Source of the DNA: Patescibacteria group bacterium
GTDB lineage: Bacteria; Patescibacteriota; Patescibacteriia; WFTA01; S139-112
Reading direction: 5' to 3'
Assembly (NCBI GenBank): GCA_015485695.1
Contig: WFTB01000006.1
Location: forward strand, 14,334 to 78,333
DNA length: 64,000 nt
Shown piece after piece: positions 58,493-64,000 of the stretch (within the stretch, counting starts at the first letter, position 1; the number at the start of each line of letters is the position of its first letter). The notes under the pieces were generated by a model. The model saw only the letters and a program-made list of their open reading frames with translations, searched no databases and had not been told where the DNA came from. The translations under genes were made by a program, and so were the position numbers.

Positions 58493-59614
58493 ATGAGAAA
58501 ATTACCACTGTTGGAAGCGTCCGCTACACTCATCGGCACTGCCATCGGTGCGGGAATCTTGGGAATACCGTATGCCGTATCTCAAGTCGGATTTCCACTC
58601 GGAATAGCGATAATGACGATTATGGCTTTGGTTGTGGGTTTAAGGCATCTCATGCTCGCCGAGATAACTTTACGCACTCCTCACGTGCACCAGATGCCTG
58701 GATATGCCGGAATATATCTCGGTCCTTGGCTTAAACGTGTTTCGTTCACGGCTGTTTTACTTGGCGGGTACGGTTCTTTGCTTGCTTACACAATCGGACA
58801 AGGCGAGGTTTTGGCGGTTTTGTTCGGAGGTAGCATGGTCTGGTGGAGTCTCGGATTTTTCGCTTTTGGCGTAACACTTGTGTATTTCGGATTAAACGTG
58901 ATAAAGCGTTCAGAGCTTGTAATGACCGTGTTTATATTCCTGATAACGGTTGCGATAGGAATTTTCGCGTGGAATGACATTACTTTTGACAATCTCGTTT
59001 TTTTCGAACCGGGTAAGTGGGTCTTGCCGTATGGAGTTTTGCTTTTCGCTTTTAGCGGTTCGATAGCGATTCCTCAAATGCGCGAGGAATTGAAAGGACG
59101 TGAAAGAGATTTGAAAAAATCCTTATTCATCGGAAGTTTCGCGGTGTTTGGAGTTTATTTATTGTTCACATATCTTGTCTTAGGTGTTACCGGAAACGAT
59201 ACGACCGATATCGCGACAATAGGTCTTGGAGACAAAATCGGACCGCAAATGATTTTGATAGGGAATTTACTCGCGTTTTTTACAATGGGGACGAGTTTTT
59301 TGACAAGCGCTCTCGGAATGAAGGAGGTGTTCATGTTTGATTATCACTTTTCCGGGTCAAAGTCATGGTGGATGACCGTTGTTGTACCCCTTTTGCTTTT
59401 CATATCCGGTGTTCGTGATTTTATAGCGGTGCTTGGAATTGCGGGAGGGGTTTTATCCGGTATTCAAAGCATAGTAATAGTGCTTTCTTTTTGGAGGGCG
59501 AGAAAGACGGGATGGAGAAAGCCCGAGTTTACTATAGGTCCGATGCGATTGTGGGGAAGCGTGCTTATAATTTTTTTCTTGCTGGGTGCGGTTATGACCA
59601 TAATAAACATTTAG
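58493..59614 (+). CDS. Aromatic amino acid (Trp/Tyr) permease family transporter
   Basis: LIGTAIGAGILGIPYAVSQVGF N-terminal signature. 11 TM segments, 373 aa. Confidence 0.75.
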   Translation: MRKLPLLEASATLIGTAIGAGILGIPYAVSQVGFPLGIAIMTIMALVVGLRHLMLAEITLRTPHVHQMPGYAGIYLGPWLKRVSFTAVLLGGYGSLLAYTIGQGEVLAVLFGGSMVWWSLGFFAFGVTLVYFGLNVIKRSELVMTVFIFLITVAIGIFAWNDITFDNLVFFEPGKWVLPYGVLLFAFSGSIAIPQMREELKGRERDLKKSLFIGSFAVFGVYLLFTYLVLGVTGNDTTDIATIGLGDKIGPQMILIGNLLAFFTMGTSFLTSALGMKEVFMFDYHFSGSKSWWMTVVVPLLLFISGVRDFIAVLGIAGGVLSGIQSIVIVLSFWRARKTGWRKPEFTIGPMRLWGSVLIIFFLLGAVMTIINI

Positions 59615-59666
59615 AATCTAATGATAAAATTTAGGTTTTTACGATTTTAGGTTTTAAACATATTTC

Positions 59667-60023
59667 ATGTTTTATTTTTCCCATTTTATAACGCGAGGAT
59701 TTACTCAATTTATTATGCTTGCTCTGTGGTGGTATGGTGAAGGTTTTTGGCTTGCGATTAAGCGTTTTGCGTGGCTTGAGAAACGTGATGTTTCGCGAAT
59801 CGGGGTGCATGTTTGGATTCGCAATTTCTTTGTACCCATGTTTCATGATTATACTTTGATTGGACGCGCTTTGAGCGTGGTTTTCAGGTTTTTCATAATA
59901 ATTGGTAAAACCGTTAATCTTCTGGTAAGAACTTTCGTTCGGCTTATCGTTTTGTTGGTTTGGATTACTTTGCCACTTTTGTTTGTAGCGGGTCTTGTAA
60001 TGTACGGATACAAGTTTTTTTAA
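59667..60023 (+). CDS. Small membrane protein, translationally coupled to the downstream Clp ATPase
   Basis: 118 aa, 2-3 hydrophobic segments. Its stop TAA overlaps the next ATG (TAATG at 60021-60025). Confidence 0.5.
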   Translation: MFYFSHFITRGFTQFIMLALWWYGEGFWLAIKRFAWLEKRDVSRIGVHVWIRNFFVPMFHDYTLIGRALSVVFRFFIIIGKTVNLLVRTFVRLIVLLVWITLPLLFVAGLVMYGYKFF

Positions 60024-62596
60024 TGCCTATGGCTCTTTCTCTTACATGGGAACGAAATCAAAACAGAGACGCTCTCCTTGATATGAGAGCTCGTAATCGC
60101 GTGGATTATACTTGGCGCATTATATGGGCGATATGCGTCGTGATTGGAGCAATTAGCATGTCAGCGATTTTCGGTATTTTCATACGATCTCGTGGCGAAG
60201 CATTCATTTGGGAAATCGTTTTTGGCAACGATGTTTTGGGTCTGGGAATCCTTATCGGTATTCTCGGAATTATGTTTGTGTCTCGCGATTTTGTCGAAAG
60301 CCGAAGGACGATGCCTCCGCTTTCCGTGATTATCGAAAAGCGAATCGACAAAAAGCAAGAAGTTAGCGAGTATATGAGCAAGGACGCTTTGCGTATCATT
60401 GATAATTCGTTTTTGAGAGGGGAAAGCTGGTATCCTTGGTACCTGTTCATGGAACTACTGAAGGATAAACGCATCATTGAATTGTTGACTCGCCTTGGCA
60501 TAGACGCCGAGGATATGTCGGAAAACGTCAAAAAAGTCGAATTTGCGGATAACGCGAAAAACAACACTCCCGAAGTTGAGAAAAACCAATTCATGTCAAT
60601 CGCGTTCAAGGCTCTTGAGATAGCGTATAGAAACAACGATGACAGAGTGCATGTTGGAGATTTGTTTGTCGCTCTGATAAGCCAGCCCGGCGTTACCAGG
60701 GATTTTATGGTGGATTACGGTATTCGAGAATCCCGTCTTGAGGGGGTTAACAGTTGGTTGCATTTTCAAGCCATTCTTACCGGAAAAAGACTCGACGCGA
60801 AAGAATCAATGCTTGTCCGAACTCATTCGTGGCGCAATCAGCTTTGGACATCAACCGTTACGCCATTGCTGGACTCGGTAGGTGTAGACATGACTCGAAA
60901 CGCGTGGCAATATTCACAGTTGGTCGCTCGCGATTCTGAGTTGTCTTTGTTGTACGAAGAGTTCGGCGCCGGAAACTTCGGGGTATTGATAGTCGGACCC
61001 AAAGGAGCCGGGAAAAGCTCTTTTATCGAAGGTGTCGCAAAAAAGATTATCGCAAACCAAGCTCCGCCACCTCTCGCGGACAGGAGGATGGTCACTCTTT
61101 CCGTCGCGAAGTTGCTTTCTTTGTCAAGCGCCAGAACTCCGTTTAAAGTGATAGCCGCGCAACTGGCTCGAGAGATTGCGCGTTCCGGGAATATAATAAT
61201 AGTCCTCGAGGATTTTTCCGCTCTCAAGGCGATAAAGACGGATGAAGCGGGCGAGCTTGTCGAGTCATTGCTCATGGATATTATGCGTGGCGGTCATGTA
61301 TTGTTGCTCGCGGCGATTCACGAAGAAGAATTGGCAAGTGTTTCCGGGCAACTTATTTCTTCATTGCCTCGCATTACCATTGCGTCATTGGATGACGAGT
61401 CCACGATAAGAGCGATAGAAAGCAGTGTGCCAATGTTGGAGTCAAAGTACAATGTCGCGTTCACTTATCCTGCTCTTGAGCGTATCGCGAGTTTGTCGAC
61501 TCGATTTATGCACGACGGAGCACAACCCGGAAAAGCCCGAGCATTGATGGAAAGCGTCGCGAGAGAATTATCCGTTCGAGGAAAAAGAACTTGGGTAAGA
61601 GATCACGACGTTGAGCGCGCAGTATCGAACAAAGTCGGAATACCGGTCACGCAAGTATCTGACAGAGAAAAAGACTTATTGGTCAATCTAGAAGAGAGAA
61701 TACACGAAAAATATATAAACCAAGTAACGGCGGTGCGAGCCGTGGCGACTGCGATGAGACGCGCTCGCACGCAACTTGGCAGTTCAAGCAGACCCATCGC
61801 AAATATGCTTTTTCTCGGACCAACCGGAGTAGGCAAAACCGAGCTCGCGAAACGATTGGCGGAAGTGTATTTCGGCGGTCGAGACAAAATGGTTCGCCTT
61901 GACATGTCCGAGTATCAAGAGGTGCAAAGTATCAGGAATCTGATAGGTGCTCCGATCGGTTCTTCCGGAAACGAGTTGGAGGGACATCTGGTATCAACCA
62001 TCCGAGAAAATCCGTTTTCAGTGATATTGCTTGACGAGTTCGAAAAAGCCCACCCCGATGTTTTGAATATATTTTTGCAAATCATGGAAGACGGTCGTCT
62101 TACTTCTCCGGACGGTAAGACTTATGACTTTACAAACAGCCTTATAATAGCAACATCAAATGCCGGCGCCGAAAGAATACAAGAAGAAATCAAATCGGGT
62201 AAAAAGGTGCAAGACATAGCTTATGACCTCAAACAACACGAGCTTGTTCAGTATTTCAGACCTGAGCTTATAAACAGGTTTGACGCGATAGTCGTCTTTG
62301 AGACATTGTCGTTTGGACATATTGTGGAAATATCGAAATTGCTATTGAGTGAGTTATCGTACAATCTCGCCAAAAGAGAAATAATTCTCGAAGTTTCTCC
62401 GGACGCCTTGAAAGACTTGGCTCGCGAAGGGTATGTCCCTTCACAAGGGGCAAGACCGCTAAGAAGGGTGATACAGGACAATGTGGAAGATCAGATTGCG
62501 AAACTTCTGCTAAAAGGAGAGGTTCAAGCTAGAGACACGATTATTCTCAAAAAGGGATTCAAACTGGAGGTTAAAAAAGCGCAACATTACAATTAG
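60023..62596 (+). CDS. Membrane-anchored Clp/Hsp100-family double-AAA+ ATPase (ClpC/ClpB-like) with degenerate NBD1 Walker B
   Basis: Two N-terminal TM helices (IIWAICVVIGAISMSAIFGIFI; VLGLGILIGILGIMFV). Clp_N-like repeats. NBD1 Walker A GPKGAGKS but Walker-B position reads IIIVLEDFSAL. Canonical NBD2: GPTGVGKTELAKRLA, ILLDEFEKAHPDVLNIFLQIMEDGRLT, sensor/arginine finger, C-terminal D2-small domain. No long M-domain. I did not find an IGF/LGF ClpP-docking tripeptide. Confidence 0.8.
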   Translation: MPMALSLTWERNQNRDALLDMRARNRVDYTWRIIWAICVVIGAISMSAIFGIFIRSRGEAFIWEIVFGNDVLGLGILIGILGIMFVSRDFVESRRTMPPLSVIIEKRIDKKQEVSEYMSKDALRIIDNSFLRGESWYPWYLFMELLKDKRIIELLTRLGIDAEDMSENVKKVEFADNAKNNTPEVEKNQFMSIAFKALEIAYRNNDDRVHVGDLFVALISQPGVTRDFMVDYGIRESRLEGVNSWLHFQAILTGKRLDAKESMLVRTHSWRNQLWTSTVTPLLDSVGVDMTRNAWQYSQLVARDSELSLLYEEFGAGNFGVLIVGPKGAGKSSFIEGVAKKIIANQAPPPLADRRMVTLSVAKLLSLSSARTPFKVIAAQLAREIARSGNIIIVLEDFSALKAIKTDEAGELVESLLMDIMRGGHVLLLAAIHEEELASVSGQLISSLPRITIASLDDESTIRAIESSVPMLESKYNVAFTYPALERIASLSTRFMHDGAQPGKARALMESVARELSVRGKRTWVRDHDVERAVSNKVGIPVTQVSDREKDLLVNLEERIHEKYINQVTAVRAVATAMRRARTQLGSSSRPIANMLFLGPTGVGKTELAKRLAEVYFGGRDKMVRLDMSEYQEVQSIRNLIGAPIGSSGNELEGHLVSTIRENPFSVILLDEFEKAHPDVLNIFLQIMEDGRLTSPDGKTYDFTNSLIIATSNAGAERIQEEIKSGKKVQDIAYDLKQHELVQYFRPELINRFDAIVVFETLSFGHIVEISKLLLSELSYNLAKREIILEVSPDALKDLAREGYVPSQGARPLRRVIQDNVEDQIAKLLLKGEVQARDTIILKKGFKLEVKKAQHYN

Positions 62597-62619
62597 CGAG
62601 CGTGGAATAATTGGTTTTT

Positions 62620-63858
62620 ATGAATAAATTTGAATTCAAGATAATAAAAAAAGATAAAAAATCCAGTGCCAGACTCGGTATTATACGAACACCCAACGGA
62701 ACCGTTCGCACACCGGCATTTATCGCTGTCGCGACCAATGCGTCGCTTAAAGGATCGGTTTCGCCGGATGACGCTCGACTTGCCGGCGCGCAAGCGCTTC
62801 TCGGAAACACATATCATCTATATGTGCGCGGGCAAGTGAACGCGGTGAAAAAGGGAGGGGGATTGGCGAAGTTTATGGGTTGGAAAGGGCCGACATACAC
62901 CGACTCCGGCGGTTATCAAGTGTTTAGTCTCGGAGACAGACTCAAGGATGGAGTTGGGAAGTTTCAAAATTACGACAGCATAAAATCTGTTCGTCGAAAT
63001 CCCAAAAAACCTCTACTGAAAATCAGCGAAAGGGGAGTTGAGTTCAAATCTCACATAGACGGGTCTTTGATAAAGATTACTCCGGAAAGTTCAATGACGA
63101 TACAAGAAAAGATAGGAGCCGATATGATATTCGCCTTTGACCAGCCAACATCCCCTTCGGCGACAATTGATTATTCTCGTGAAGCCATGGAGCGTACGCA
63201 CCGATGGGCTAAGAGATGCTTGAACAAGCACTCTGGGGAAACCGCGCAAGGAACCGCGCAAGCTCTTTTCGGTATCGTGCAAGGAGGACCGTATCGCGAG
63301 CTTCGTGAAGAATCGGCAAGGTTTATCGCGTCACTTGATTTCCCGGGATACGGGATTGGCGGTTCTTATCACAGAATAAACAATTCGGACAGATTCAATG
63401 AGCTTGATTGGGTTATACCACATTTGCACGAAGGCAAGCCGAAGCATTTTCTCGGTATAGGAGGGATAGAAGATATGATTGTCGCGGTTTTCCAAGGGTG
63501 TGATACATTTGATTGCGTAATACCGACCAGAGAAGCGCGTCACGGGCGTTTGTATGATTTGGTTTCCGACAAGCGAATGCATGATTATTTTGTTTGGCAA
63601 TATAATAAAGTCCAAGGCAAACCTGCGGGGCGAAAACCGCCGGCATTTTATCGAATCGTGAACATAACAAACAAAAAACACCGTCTCAGCTTAACGCCTC
63701 TTGGCGACGCGCATGAGAACAGGTATACATTTGGTTATATTCATCATCTCTTTCGGGTAAACGAACCGCTGGGTCATCGCCTTTCGACGGTGCATAATTT
63801 GGGATTTTATTTTCACCTCATGGAGCAATTACGCTTGTTTATCAAAAAACAAACCTAA
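62620..63858 (+). CDS. tgt: Queuine tRNA-ribosyltransferase (tRNA-guanine transglycosylase)
   Basis: ARLGIIRTPNGTVRTPAFIAVATNASLKG, FAFDQPTSP, DCVIPTREARHGRLY are TGT motifs. ATG at 62620. Confidence 0.88.
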   Translation: MNKFEFKIIKKDKKSSARLGIIRTPNGTVRTPAFIAVATNASLKGSVSPDDARLAGAQALLGNTYHLYVRGQVNAVKKGGGLAKFMGWKGPTYTDSGGYQVFSLGDRLKDGVGKFQNYDSIKSVRRNPKKPLLKISERGVEFKSHIDGSLIKITPESSMTIQEKIGADMIFAFDQPTSPSATIDYSREAMERTHRWAKRCLNKHSGETAQGTAQALFGIVQGGPYRELREESARFIASLDFPGYGIGGSYHRINNSDRFNELDWVIPHLHEGKPKHFLGIGGIEDMIVAVFQGCDTFDCVIPTREARHGRLYDLVSDKRMHDYFVWQYNKVQGKPAGRKPPAFYRIVNITNKKHRLSLTPLGDAHENRYTFGYIHHLFRVNEPLGHRLSTVHNLGFYFHLMEQLRLFIKKQT

Positions 63859-64000
63859 TAACAAACAAACCTGTCAGAAAAATTGCGTAATTCCAACTCT
63901 TGAGTTATTATCTCAATAAGATTAGCCATATATAGGTTTACAACAAAAGCATAGATAACATACAAATTCCCTCTATTATCAACCACCTACTCCGCATAAA

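Noticed and set aside
1-64000. Searched for CRISPR arrays, transposase/integrase genes, toxin-antitoxin pairs, restriction-modification genes and reverse transcriptases
   Set aside because: No regularly spaced short direct repeats, no DDE/tyrosine-recombinase motifs, and no small adjacent toxin-like ORF pairs found. The window appears to be core chromosome.

Overview
This 64 kb window looks like a low-GC (~38%), gene-dense, streamlined bacterial genome, possibly a Candidate Phyla Radiation / Parcubacteria-like organism. That guess rests on frequent ribosomal and tRNA-enzyme insertions and tails, weak Shine-Dalgarno sites, DUF5667/DUF2304/DUF1653-type proteins and many membrane-anchored hypotheticals. 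Most of the window is housekeeping. I recognise gatB (3' end), miaA, miaB, dnaX, uppS, dnaE, a FtsW/RodA-family gene, rplY, the rpmE-prfA-prmC operon, gltX, a Fe/Mn SOD, a priA-def-fmt operon, murF, tgt, a DnaQ/ExoX-like exonuclease, a HIT protein and a VanZ-like protein. There are three tRNAs (Gln-CUG, Thr-CGU, Glu-CUC), and tRNA-Gln is followed by a decayed tandem tRNA copy. A cell-surface glycosylation cluster (GT4 - DUF2304 - GT2 with an N-terminal extension - GT4 - PEGA-domain protein) sits next to an OmpR-type two-component system. Two GT-C-like polytopic membrane proteins are divergently arranged. I found no transposase, integrase, CRISPR array or cas gene. The most unusual items are: (i) a 1384-aa soluble protein with two full GGDEF-type nucleotide-cyclase domains (both with an intact GGEE(F) motif) inserted between gatB and miaA; (ii) a membrane-anchored Clp/Hsp100 double-AAA+ ATPase with a degenerate first Walker B motif, translationally coupled to a small membrane protein; (iii) a 17-bp perfect palindrome overlapping the -10 box of a strong promoter; (iv) a GC-rich (~58% GC) non-coding island; and (v) several structured intergenic elements. 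All functional calls come from motif recognition by eye; no searches were run.
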